A stretch of DNA of 64,000 nucleotides from Prosthecobacter debontii (GCA_945869855.1 CAMBQC010000001.1:4849-68848), one strand, 5' to 3'; positions 10,492 through 19,261 are shown, counted from the stretch's first letter. The notes: generated from the sequence alone by a model not told the origin. Made by a program: numbers and translations.

Positions 10492-10497
10492 TTAAAC

Positions 10498-10725
10498 ATG
10501 ATCACGACCGTAAAAATCACTTCCATCGGCAACTCGGCGGGCATCATTTTACCGAAGGAGATATTGGAGAAACTCCGTGTATCCAAAGGCGACACGCTGA
10601 CCGTTGTGGAGACCCCAGATGGGATTGGACTCAACCCATACGACGAAGATTTCGCGACAGCGATGAAACTCGCGGAAGAGATCATGAGGGAAGACAGGGA
10701 TGTTCTAAAAAAGCTCGCCCAGTGA
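10498..10725 (+). CDS. AbrB/MazE-family antitoxin
   Basis: KITSIGNSAGIILPKEILEKL swapped-hairpin motif, 75 aa, directly upstream of a Doc toxin. Confidence 0.9.
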   Translation: MITTVKITSIGNSAGIILPKEILEKLRVSKGDTLTVVETPDGIGLNPYDEDFATAMKLAEEIMREDRDVLKKLAQ

Positions 10726-10745
10726 GTCCGGAATAGAGACGAAAG

Positions 10746-11141
10746 ATGATTTCCGAGCCAAAATGGATCACTCCGCGAATCACGCATGCGCTTCACGACA
10801 GGCAGCTCGCGGAACATGGGGGACAAAGCGGTCTGCGTGATGAAGGTCTGCTTCTGTCTGCGTTGGCACGTCCCCAACAACTGCTCAGTTACGGAAGCCC
10901 TCCTCCCGACCTCTGTGCTCTAGCCGCCGCATACGCATACGGAATCGCTAAAAACCATCCATTTCTAGACGGCAACAAGCGCACAGCATTCGTAGCCTAC
11001 CGGTTGTTTCTCAGGTGGAATGGGCTCAAGCTGCTCGCGGCAAAGACTGAGCGTTATGTGACTATGTTCAATCTCGCCGCCGGTGATCTTTCCGAAGCAG
11101 ACTTCGCGGCATGGCTTCGCGATAACACCGCACCCGCGTGA
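10746..11141 (+). CDS. doc: death-on-curing (Doc/Fic) toxin
   Basis: HGGQSGLRDEGLLLSALARP and the Doc-type active-site motif HPFLDGNKRTA. Confidence 0.9.
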   Translation: MISEPKWITPRITHALHDRQLAEHGGQSGLRDEGLLLSALARPQQLLSYGSPPPDLCALAAAYAYGIAKNHPFLDGNKRTAFVAYRLFLRWNGLKLLAAKTERYVTMFNLAAGDLSEADFAAWLRDNTAPA

Positions 11142-11174
11142 CGGTTCTCGCTTCACCATTTTTACATCCCCAAC

Positions 11175-11327
11175 ATGCCCACCCATTCCAAAACCATCGG
11201 CTACCTGCTCTGGATCTTCGGCTTCACCGGCATCCTGTGGCTGCTGACCGCCAGCCTGTTCGGCATCGGCTGGCTCTACGATTTCTGCACGCTCAACGGC
11301 CAGATCGACGAGCGCAACCGGGCCTGA
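11175..11327 (+). pseudogene. internally deleted TM2/NINE-domain membrane protein (50 aa, not in the ORF track)
   Basis: MPTHSKTIGYLLWIFGFTG|ILWLLTASLFGIGWLYDFCTLNGQIDERNRA joins the start of TM2 repeat 1 to the end of repeat 2. The HRFY motifs are missing. Confidence 0.65.
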
Positions 11328-11406
11328 GCGATTTCCACTCATCCCCCTTTGACAATCTCCGCGCCGCGAACCACGCTGGTCGCGAACCACTTTTCCAAAA
11401 AATATC

Positions 11407-12789
11407 ATGTCCTACGATCTCATTGTCATCGGTGGCGGCCCGGCCGGATACGTCGCCGCCATCCGCGCCGCCCAGCACGGGAAAAAAGTAGCCTGCGTCG
11501 AAGCGGACCGCGCGGGCGGCACCTGCTTGAACTGGGGTTGCATCCCCACCAAGGCGCTCCTTAAAAACGCCGAGCTCTACCAGACGCTCATGCACAAGGC
11601 GGGCGAGTTCGGCTTCTCGATCCAAGGGCTTTCCTATGATTGGAGCACGGTGGTCGGGCGCTCGCGCAAGGTGTCCGATAAGCTCGCGGGCGGCATCGAG
11701 TTCCTTTTCAAGAAGAACAAGGTGGATTACGTCCGCGGCTTCGGCTCCCTCGAGGGCGAGGGGAAAGTCGGCGTGAAAGCGGCCGACGGCTCCACAAAAG
11801 TTCTTGAAGGCAAAACCATCATCATCGCCACGGGCTGCAAATCCCGCCCGCTACCGCCACTGCCATTCAACGGGAAATCCGTGATCGGATCCAAAGAAGC
11901 GATGGTGCTCGCCGAGCAGCCGAAGGAAATGATCATCATCGGCGCGGGCGCGATCGGTGTCGAATTCGCCTACATCTACAACGCCTTCGGCACGAAGGTG
12001 ACGCTTGTCGAAATGCTGCCGAACATACTGCCTGTAGAGGACACGGAGGTCGGCGAGGCGTTGGAAAAATCCCTCACCAAGCAAGGCATCCGCTGCCTCG
12101 TGAACACCAAGGTCACCGCCACCAAGGATCTCGGCGACCGCGTCGAAATCACCGTCGAGGGGCCGAAGGAAAACGGCGTGATCTCCGCCGATGTCTGCCT
12201 CGTCGCGATCGGTATCCAGCCAGTCCTACCCGGCGGTATACCGCCCGAATTGACCGACCGCGGCTACATCAAGATCGGTGACCGTTACGAAACAAACCTT
12301 CCCGGCGTCTATGCCATCGGTGATATCAACGGTCCGCCATGGCTCGCCCACACCGCTTCCTTCGAGGCTTTCCAGTGCGTCGATGGCCTTTACGTGGACG
12401 GCCACAAGCCACGCATGGTCACGAATTTCCCCGGCTGCACCTACTGCCACCCACAGGTCGCCTCGGTTGGAAAAACCGAGCGCGCGCTCAAGGAAGAGGG
12501 CGTGGATTACATCGTCGGGAAGATTCCCTTCGTCGCCATCGGCAAGGCGGTCGCCGCCGGTGAGACGGACGGCTTCGCGAAATTACTCTACGGCAAGAAG
12601 CACGGCGAGCTGTTAGGCGCGCACATCATTGGCGACAACGCCACAGAGCTCATCGCCGAAATGGGACTTGCGCTCGACCAAGAACTCACCATCGACGAGA
12701 TCCACGCCACCATCCACGCCCACCCGACTATGTCGGAGGTGATCCACGAGGCCACCCTCGCCGCAGAAGGCCACGCGATCCACTTCTGA
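11407..12789 (+). CDS. lpdA: dihydrolipoamide dehydrogenase (E3)
   Basis: GGGPAGY, GGTCLNWGCIP redox disulfide, GAGAIGVE, HAHPTMSE. Confidence 0.96.
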   Translation: MSYDLIVIGGGPAGYVAAIRAAQHGKKVACVEADRAGGTCLNWGCIPTKALLKNAELYQTLMHKAGEFGFSIQGLSYDWSTVVGRSRKVSDKLAGGIEFLFKKNKVDYVRGFGSLEGEGKVGVKAADGSTKVLEGKTIIIATGCKSRPLPPLPFNGKSVIGSKEAMVLAEQPKEMIIIGAGAIGVEFAYIYNAFGTKVTLVEMLPNILPVEDTEVGEALEKSLTKQGIRCLVNTKVTATKDLGDRVEITVEGPKENGVISADVCLVAIGIQPVLPGGIPPELTDRGYIKIGDRYETNLPGVYAIGDINGPPWLAHTASFEAFQCVDGLYVDGHKPRMVTNFPGCTYCHPQVASVGKTERALKEEGVDYIVGKIPFVAIGKAVAAGETDGFAKLLYGKKHGELLGAHIIGDNATELIAEMGLALDQELTIDEIHATIHAHPTMSEVIHEATLAAEGHAIHF

Positions 12790-12802
12790 AGCGGTAGCCA
12801 TC

Positions 12803-12928
12803 GACTGCTACAGCCTGCTGTAGCTTTCGGCCATGCAGCCCTGCTACGAGCTGCACGGCATGGGCAAATTGCGGCGCGAACTGTGACCAGTGTTCCGCCC
12901 CAGATAGCAGGCTTGTAGCGCTCCAAAG
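12803..12928. repeat. degenerate REP doublet downstream of lpdA
   Basis: GACTGCTACAGCCTGCTGTAGCTTT hairpin with an inverted partner AGCAGGCTTGTAGCGCTCCAAA. Confidence 0.45.
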
Positions 12929-12939
12929 CCTTCGGTGTT

Positions 12940-13034
12940 TAGGCTGTTTGCCAAAAGCCTGTGCTTTTAAATTTTAAATGGAACGTTGGGGCAAGTTTCC
13001 CGAACAACGACCCGGGACTGGAATCTCCAGCCAC
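12940..13034. repeat. composite REP/MITE element, family D copy 1
   Basis: TAGGCTGTTTGCCAAAAG..GTGCTTT..GGGGCAAG..ACAACG..GGGACTGGAATCTCCAGCCAC aligns by eye with 20158-20246 and, in part, 40292-40341. Confidence 0.6.
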
Positions 13035-13066
13035 GATTCAATACGAAAGGACTTTTCGCAGACGGG

Positions 13067-13603
13067 CTATCCCGCCAGCGCGCCGTTGATCGCTTTCTTT
13101 AATTCCTCGCTATCGGGATTGGTCATCGATTCGAACCGCGCGACGGGCTTGCCGTTCTTGTCGATGAGAATCTTGCCGAAGTTCCATTTTATGTTGCCGG
13201 GGAACGCGCCGTCCGGGCCGGTGAGCGCTTTGTAAAGCTGGTGCTGCCCGTCCCCTTTCACGGAAAGCTTGCCCATGATCGGGAAGGTCACATCGTATTC
13301 CGATTTACAGAACTTCTGGATCTCCTCGATGGTGCCCGGCTCCTGGCCGCCGAAGTCGTTGCAGGGAAAGGCGAGGATCACGAGTCCGTCGGATTTCCTC
13401 TCCTCGTAGAGTTTCTGCAAACCTTCGTATTGCTTGGTGAAGCCACACTTCGAGGCGACATTGACGAGCAGGACCGCCTTGCCCTTGTAGTCGGCCAGGG
13501 TGGCCTTTTTGCCCTCTGCCGTAGCGAAGGCGATCTGGGTAATATCGGCGGCGAAAGCGGCGGAGCACATGACGATGGCGGGGATAACGATCCGGTGGAG
13601 CAT
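13067..13603 (-). CDS. glutathione peroxidase (Cys-type) with signal peptide
   Basis: VNVASKCGFT, AFPCNDFGGQEPG, IKWNFGKILID; N-terminal signal ending AFA. Confidence 0.92.
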   Translation of the reverse strand: MLHRIVIPAIVMCSAAFAADITQIAFATAEGKKATLADYKGKAVLLVNVASKCGFTKQYEGLQKLYEERKSDGLVILAFPCNDFGGQEPGTIEEIQKFCKSEYDVTFPIMGKLSVKGDGQHQLYKALTGPDGAFPGNIKWNFGKILIDKNGKPVARFESMTNPDSEELKKAINGALAG

Positions 13604-13647
13604 AACGACACGCTACTCCCCTTTCGCGTGTCGGCAAGCGGGGATTC

Positions 13648-13806
13648 GGGGAGCACACGCGCCTCGCGTGTTGTTTCCGGCGCCCTCGCCGGAAACTGGG
13701 TATGAGATAGGGCGGGGCTACTTCTGCTTCACGGCGCAAAAGTCCTTTCCAGCTCTGCGGAGAGCGAGGGCGCACTCCGCGACACGCGGGGGCGCGTGTG
13801 CTCCCC
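13648..13806. repeat. REPIN/MITE-like element of about 160 bp, family A copy 1
   Basis: Terminal inverted repeats GGGGAGCACACGCGCC...GGCGCGTGTGCTCCCC with internal hairpins. A homologous inverted copy lies at 22095-22232. Confidence 0.75.
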
Positions 13807-13868
13807 ACCAAGCGGGGATTGACAAAGAAAGCGGGGACGCTTGGCTTGTGGGCGTGCGTGTAACGAAA

Positions 13869-14474
13869 GTGCCTGAAACCGGGGCGAAACGGATGATGCT
13901 GGATGCCGCCGAGAGGCTGGTCGCCGTGAAAGGCTTTGATTCCGTCTCGATCCGTGATGTGACTGGAGCCGCGAAGGCGAACGTCGCTGCCGTGAACTAT
14001 CACTTCGGCAGCCGCGAGGAGTTGCTGGCACTGGTGATGACGCATGTCCTCGAGCCGCTCTGTGCCGAGCGGATCGCGCTGCTGGACGCGGTAGGGAAAC
14101 AAATTTCCGTAGAGCAGGCGGTGGCCGCCTATGTGAACGCGCTGGCACCCGCCGCCGCGCGGATCGGGATGGATACGCCGCTGTTTTTCCGGCTCGCCGG
14201 GCAGATCCTTTCCCTACCGGACGAGGCGCTGCCGCCCGCGATGAAGGAGGTCCGCCGCGAAACAACCCGGCGTTTCCTCGCGGCCCTCGGCAAGGATCTC
14301 GCCGACGACTGGGCGTTCTTCGAAGCCGGCCTCGCGCATTCCCTTGTGGTGGAGGCAGATTCGAAAAACATCAACACCCTAATGACCCGCTGGATCACGT
14401 TCGGTATCCGCGGTCTGGGTGCCACGGCGGGCAAACGCGAGGACGATGCCCAAGGACTACTCTTCGAATTCTAA
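13869..14474 (+). CDS. TetR/AcrR family transcriptional regulator
   Basis: LDAAERL...GFDSVSIRDVT.AAKANVAAVNYHFGSREEL HTH. GTG 13869 chosen; TTGACA lies upstream. Confidence 0.88.
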   Translation: MPETGAKRMMLDAAERLVAVKGFDSVSIRDVTGAAKANVAAVNYHFGSREELLALVMTHVLEPLCAERIALLDAVGKQISVEQAVAAYVNALAPAAARIGMDTPLFFRLAGQILSLPDEALPPAMKEVRRETTRRFLAALGKDLADDWAFFEAGLAHSLVVEADSKNINTLMTRWITFGIRGLGATAGKREDDAQGLLFEF

Positions 14475-14489
14475 GCCGTTTACGCTCGT

Positions 14490-16061
14490 TCAATCCTGTG
14501 GATTCAGATTCCTAGCGGGCTTGGGCGACGAGGCAGGATCCTTCTTCTCCGGCGGTGCTGGCGGCTTGCCAGCTGCCGGTGCTGGATCCGGCGCTGGAGC
14601 ACGGGCAGGTATTGTCCAGTCGTGAAGTTCATAACCGTTACCCAGCCCGCCGATCTCTCCCAGCAAGGTGAGGCATTTCGCGCCCCATTTCTTGTGGTCA
14701 GGCACGGCGGTATCGACCTCCCCACTACCGGGGAAAACAAGATAGCTGACGCCGGGATAGGCAACCGCCTTTTGTGCGGAATTCCATCCGGAGACAAGGG
14801 TGCTCGCCATCCTCGCCGAGGCTTCGCCCACCTGGGTATCCGTCCCCGCATCCCCGACGATGCACGGATAGATTTTGCGTCCGTATATCACGACGGCGTA
14901 ATCACCGACCTTTGGAGCGTAGGGATCTTTCGCATCCTTGAGGATGCTGATCGGAAGCACGATGTAGGGGTCGTAGGCGGAAATTAGGTAGCTGCGCTTT
15001 TTCATGGCTTCTATGGCCGCCTTCAGCATGACAAGCCTCTCATCCACCCAGGCTTTTCTTTCCGGGGTGATCGCCGGGGCATCGAGTTCCTTCTTTCCGA
15101 TGGCGATCCGCCGCTCCCAGCCGGATATCATGGGATTGGGCGCTTTGCCAACCTTGCGCCATTGGTAGACCGTGAAAGGGTCGTAATCGATGGAGTCCAC
15201 TTGTGAAGCGGGCATCACAGGTGCCCGATCCCCGTCGGAGCCTTTCAGGATCGCGTCCATATCCGCCTGCATAAAGAACACCTTGCGGCCTTTCTTGTTA
15301 GTTAGGTGGAGGATGGTGTTGCAGTCATAGGCGTTGGGCTTGGAGAGCAACGCACCGAGCTGCCTCGAATTCGTGCGTAGATCCGAGATCTTGTTGCGGT
15401 AAAGCATCTCGTGCGCTGGCGAGACGAAGCCTAGGGGAAACAACGCGGTAAATCCCGGGAGGATTTTCGATAGTTCAGGGGTCGCTTTTTCGATATCAAG
15501 TATGCTGATCGCGGGGCGAGGGATGCGCATTTTAACCTGATACGTCGCGGTGTAGCTATCGTGCAGCTGCCTTTCCTCCAGTGCGGTCTCGCCGGTGTCA
15601 TATAGAACCTCGGTTCTCAGCGGGATACCATTGCTCAGGTTGGTGATGTCCGAAACAATCCCCCTAGGCATCGCGAACATTACCACCGGGGGCGTAGGCT
15701 CCTGCGTTTCCTCGCGGCCCACCTTCGCCTTCTCCCGTTCCTTGGCTAGCTCTGTTTTGAGCTTCTGATCATACTCCTCACGCAGTTTCGCTTCGAGCTG
15801 CATTAGGGGTTCATCTGCATTCACAGGATCCGCAGCGGGCTGCGGAAAAACGACGGGCGTTTGTGGAGTTTCATCCACATCCACGGGATCCGGAGATATG
15901 GGTGCGTGATCCACTGATTTCCGTACACTCTGTAAGAGCGTTCGCATAGTGGGATTGAATGTGTAGCCCACAACGACAATGAGGATCAATAGACCCAAAG
16001 CAATCCACGGAAGCCCACTACGGACTCTTTTCTTATTCATTTTTTTAGTATTCACAACCAT
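14490..16061 (-). CDS. membrane-anchored glycoside hydrolase family 75-like protein
   Basis: N-terminal TM, Pro-rich linker and coiled coil. C-terminal DPYIVLP, GDYAVVIY, CIVGDAG...GEAS motifs; the DxDxDG motif is altered to DMDAILKG. Confidence 0.55.
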   Translation of the reverse strand: MVVNTKKMNKKRVRSGLPWIALGLLILIVVVGYTFNPTMRTLLQSVRKSVDHAPISPDPVDVDETPQTPVVFPQPAADPVNADEPLMQLEAKLREEYDQKLKTELAKEREKAKVGREETQEPTPPVVMFAMPRGIVSDITNLSNGIPLRTEVLYDTGETALEERQLHDSYTATYQVKMRIPRPAISILDIEKATPELSKILPGFTALFPLGFVSPAHEMLYRNKISDLRTNSRQLGALLSKPNAYDCNTILHLTNKKGRKVFFMQADMDAILKGSDGDRAPVMPASQVDSIDYDPFTVYQWRKVGKAPNPMISGWERRIAIGKKELDAPAITPERKAWVDERLVMLKAAIEAMKKRSYLISAYDPYIVLPISILKDAKDPYAPKVGDYAVVIYGRKIYPCIVGDAGTDTQVGEASARMASTLVSGWNSAQKAVAYPGVSYLVFPGSGEVDTAVPDHKKWGAKCLTLLGEIGGLGNGYELHDWTIPARAPAPDPAPAAGKPPAPPEKKDPASSPKPARNLNPQD

Positions 16062-16204
16062 GACATTATTTAGGAAATCCCTCGGGAAAAAATGGTGAAA
16101 GGCGGTATCCGAGAACCGCTAACCGCTAACCGTTCCCCCGGCTTTGTCACCCCAAGCCATTTCAACCCGAACTCCGAAATAGAAAATTGGTTCCAAGTAA
16201 TTTG

Positions 16205-16301
16205 ACCACAGAGACACAGAGAACACGGAACTCTCTAAGCAACATCATAAAGTGTTTCGCATATTTTTCTCAAACCTCTGTGTTCTCTGTGTCTCTGTGG
16301 T
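16205..16301. repeat. ACAGAG-type inverted repeat element, family C copy 1
   Basis: ACCACAGAGACACAGAGAACACGGA ... CTCTGTGTTCTCTGTGTCTCTGTGGT. Confidence 0.75.
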
Positions 16302-16341
16302 AAAGACCGCTGATTTTGAAATTGAATATCGGATTTCAGGT

Positions 16342-16968
16342 TCAATCCAATAGGATGAGTCCCGTTGAATTGTCCGCAAACCATGCGTATGCCTGCTCGA
16401 TCGTGCGGGTGACTGGATCAGGGAATTCCTTCCCGGCTGGGACTTTCGTAACCCCATCGACCTTGATGATATCTTTCTTCGTTTTCGGCTCCAGATTCCC
16501 ATCGAATAGCGCACCCTTGATCAGCACCAATGTGGCTTTGTTGGCCACTTCACCGGCCTCATTCTTCACGTCGTAGGGAAGGGTGTAGAAAGTGCTGATG
16601 ACCAGAACCGCATAGGATTGCTGCACGGTGAGCAGATCGCCGAAACTTATCGTCTCGTAACCTCCTTTCCTCAGATCCGCTTCGATCTTCTTTTTCAAGG
16701 CCATGGATTGTGCCGAAGACGTCTTCCATTCGGATACACCGCCTTCCGGAGATTTGACAGGCACGAGTTGCTCGATGGCCTTGCCGCTGCTGTTGCTGCG
16801 TAAGGGTGGGAAGACGTAAACAAAGGATGGGATATCCCTAGGTTGCATGGACGCCAACGCCTCATAAGAAAAGGTAACACGCTTGACGGCTTCTGGTGGT
16901 TTCCCTCCCAGCGAGCAGGAAAGCTGCGATAGGGCGATGGTGAACAATAAGGCAATGGAGGTTTTCAT
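16342..16968 (-). CDS. hypothetical lipoprotein
   Basis: MKTSIALLFTIALSQLSC lipobox-like signal; 208-aa ORF. Confidence 0.6.
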   Translation of the reverse strand: MKTSIALLFTIALSQLSCSLGGKPPEAVKRVTFSYEALASMQPRDIPSFVYVFPPLRSNSSGKAIEQLVPVKSPEGGVSEWKTSSAQSMALKKKIEADLRKGGYETISFGDLLTVQQSYAVLVISTFYTLPYDVKNEAGEVANKATLVLIKGALFDGNLEPKTKKDIIKVDGVTKVPAGKEFPDPVTRTIEQAYAWFADNSTGLILLD

Positions 16969-17013
16969 GAACCTAATAGGTTGTATCTGTGTGCGAATCG
17001 GGGATGAGGTGAC

Positions 17014-17047
17014 AAAAAAACCCGCACCGTATGAGCGGTGCGGGCTT
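17014..17047 (-). terminator. intrinsic terminator of the adhesin gene
   Basis: Minus strand reads GCCCGCACCG-ctcata-CGGTGCGGG-TTTTTTT, about 40 nt after the stop at 17085. Confidence 0.8.
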
Positions 17048-17084
17048 AGTTGAGCTACCAGTTACCGTTCAACTGAGAGTCAGA

Positions 17085-18602
17085 TTACCACTGAACAGCG
17101 ACACCCAGGCGAACGACGCTTTCGTCGAAGTCGGTTGTCGATGCGACCGAGGTGTGCACCTGGACGTTCTCATTGATACGGTTCGCGTATCCGAAGGCGA
17201 AGCCGGTCTCGGATTGGAACTGTGCCATGTTGAAGTCAACTCCGTGGGTCTTGCCAATATCCACGGTGGTGTTGGTCATTGCAGCAACCATTGCGATACC
17301 GCGAGTGTTCTCGTCGATGTTCGACTGGAGCCTGTCATCACCGGCGATCCGGGCGTTGCGCTCGGTAGTATCAGCAGCAGCAAACTCGTTGCGGATGGCG
17401 GTGTCGGCAGCAGCGAACTGGGTGCGGATGACAGTGTCCGCAGCAGCGAACTCCGTGCGGACCGTGTTGTCACCGGCGATGCGTGCGGATATTTCACTAT
17501 CAATGCGAACGCCAAGTGCCGTGTCAGCAGTGGTGAACTCACCTCGGATGGCCGTGTCGGCTGCGGTGCGTGCGTTGCGCTCAACCGTGTCAGCAGCGGC
17601 GAACTCACCACGGATGGCCGTGTCGGCTGCGGTGCGTGCGGTTACCTCATTAGCAAGGTTCGTCGTCAACGTAGTATCGGCGTTGGTGCGTGCGGTTACC
17701 TCATTAGCAAGGTTCGTCGTCAACGTAGCGTCAGCAGCAGCACGGGTGGTTGCCTCGTTGTTGATGTTGGTCTGGAGTGTAGCATCACCGGCATTCACTT
17801 GACCGAGGTTGGCTGCATCCGTTGCTGCAGTTCCGTTAGCTAGGTTGGTGATTTTGTCGCCGGTGGCATCCAAGCCATTGTTGGCAACGAGTGCTCCGTT
17901 CACGGTGGTGGTGTCGGTAGCGGCGTCACCAAGTGTAGAGTTACCTTCGACTACGAGGTTACCACCGGAACCAGCAGGAGCGGTCACCGTCGCGCCAATG
18001 GACGGATCCAGAGCGAGAAGGGCAGTTGGGGTAGTTGCTGTGACAAACGCATCGAGAAGTGCTTGGCTTGCGAAAGCGGGGGTGATTGGTGTACCCGCAG
18101 AATTAAGGAGAAAGTATTGTTCCGTTCCGGGAACTGGAAGACCTACAGGAGTAGGGCCGGTATGACCGGCTTGAGCCACGTCAAACCTTACGACTCGGCT
18201 ATAGCTGACGTTTGTGGTATCTTGGGAATCGGCTGTAAGGGTAGCATTGCCATTCGTTGCGATTGTGGCACCGCCGCCGCCAGTAGTAATTTCGGTGCCG
18301 GTATTATTGGAAAGCACGGTCTGGTTGACGATCACGGGGCCAGCTCCGTTGTTAACAATGCCACCGATCGTAGTCGGTGCACCTGCTGCAGGAGTGGTGG
18401 AGGTTGATGAGACAGAAGTCACCGCGGGCTGCACGGTGAGAGTACCGTTGACGGTGGTACTACCCGCAACCGTGAGGGGAGCGGTGATTGTTCCTGGCAA
18501 ACCAGGAGGGCCGACTGGGATGGTCGTCTGTGCGTGGACAAGTCCGGAGGTCATCAGTAGCGCGAGCAGCGCGGAATATTTATTAACTTTCATAGGTGCC
18601 AT
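17085..18602 (-). CDS. trimeric autotransporter adhesin (YadA-like anchor)
   Basis: Signal peptide (VHA-Q), Thr/Ala/Gly-rich head, neck motif KITNLANGTAATDAANLGQV, repetitive coiled-coil stalk, GIAMVAAM plus four amphipathic strands ending VRLGVAVQW. Confidence 0.82.
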   Translation of the reverse strand: MAPMKVNKYSALLALLMTSGLVHAQTTIPVGPPGLPGTITAPLTVAGSTTVNGTLTVQPAVTSVSSTSTTPAAGAPTTIGGIVNNGAGPVIVNQTVLSNNTGTEITTGGGGATIATNGNATLTADSQDTTNVSYSRVVRFDVAQAGHTGPTPVGLPVPGTEQYFLLNSAGTPITPAFASQALLDAFVTATTPTALLALDPSIGATVTAPAGSGGNLVVEGNSTLGDAATDTTTVNGALVANNGLDATGDKITNLANGTAATDAANLGQVNAGDATLQTNINNEATTRAAADATLTTNLANEVTARTNADTTLTTNLANEVTARTAADTAIRGEFAAADTVERNARTAADTAIRGEFTTADTALGVRIDSEISARIAGDNTVRTEFAAADTVIRTQFAAADTAIRNEFAAADTTERNARIAGDDRLQSNIDENTRGIAMVAAMTNTTVDIGKTHGVDFNMAQFQSETGFAFGYANRINENVQVHTSVASTTDFDESVVRLGVAVQW

Positions 18603-18738
18603 GAAATTACTCAGACGGCCTCATTAGAGAAGATTTCATTTGTAAGCTTATTTATTACACTGTAGCGGGTGTCTTTTCAAGGGTGCGGGACGTTGTGAAA
18701 GATCTGGCTGTGGCGGTTTATCAATCGATGTGAGCATG

Positions 18739-18776
18739 GATACTAGATATCTAGTAGTTTGTGACAAGGATGACAC
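18739..18776. promoter_or_regulatory. palindromic operator(s) upstream of the adhesin
   Basis: Perfect 16-bp palindrome TACTAGATATCTAGTA (18741-18756), followed by GTGAC-N6-GACAC (18761-18776). Confidence 0.5.
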
Positions 18777-18874
18777 ACGCGTGCTGGCTGCAGTTGATTC
18801 GACCCGGCAAACCACCTAGTCTTCCGTGGCACGGTGGTAGGAACAGGCCGTGACGGCCACGGGTGGTGGAACTA

Positions 18875-19261
18875 CTACGGAATTCGTAGTTTAAGGATGT
18901 CCACACAACCCGTGCGCTCGCGGATGCGGATGATGTGGGTGCGGACGGTGGCTTCGCCTACATTGAGTTTGTCCGCGATCTCCTTCACGGCGAGGCCTTC
19001 GCGGAGGCCTTGAAGAACGGCGATCTGGCGGGGCGAGAGATCGGCGGGATAGCCGGATACGGGGTCTTCTTCGAGTTCGCAACCGATGCTCTTGATCCCA
19101 TTATTTATGATTTGGGTGAGAGCCTCATCAATGGAGCATTTCTTGAAAGTCGCTAATCTCTGTGCATGAAGGTTGAGCTTACGGTGAATGGAGAGCGGCG
19201 GCTTACTAGTATGCTTGCCCGCGTCACCTTCATTTCTGAAATCCTCATTCAACTCAATCAT
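18875..19261 (-). CDS. LuxR C-terminal HTH transcriptional regulator
   Basis: LSPRQIAVLQGLREGLAVKEIADKLNVGEATVRTHI; no receiver domain. Start MIELNED at 19261. Confidence 0.8.
   Translation of the reverse strand: MIELNEDFRNEGDAGKHTSKPPLSIHRKLNLHAQRLATFKKCSIDEALTQIINNGIKSIGCELEEDPVSGYPADLSPRQIAVLQGLREGLAVKEIADKLNVGEATVRTHIIRIRERTGCVDILKLRIP

Noticed and set aside
13067-13603. Possible selenoprotein glutathione peroxidase
   Set aside because: The active-site codon is Cys; there is no in-frame TGA.
13500-13868. Long N-terminal extensions on TetR (also DoxX, OppF-like, accD, NTase, Hyi)
   Set aside because: They come from open frames through REP, promoter or neighbouring-gene DNA; downstream starts match family lengths.
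17500-17740. Periodic DNA repeats as a CRISPR or non-coding array
   Set aside because: Periods are multiples of three and encode the adhesin stalk.
18800-18870. GGCAAACC hairpin resembling a c-di-GMP-I riboswitch near the adhesin
   Set aside because: It is on the opposite strand to the adhesin and lacks GACGCAAA and the tetraloop/receptor.
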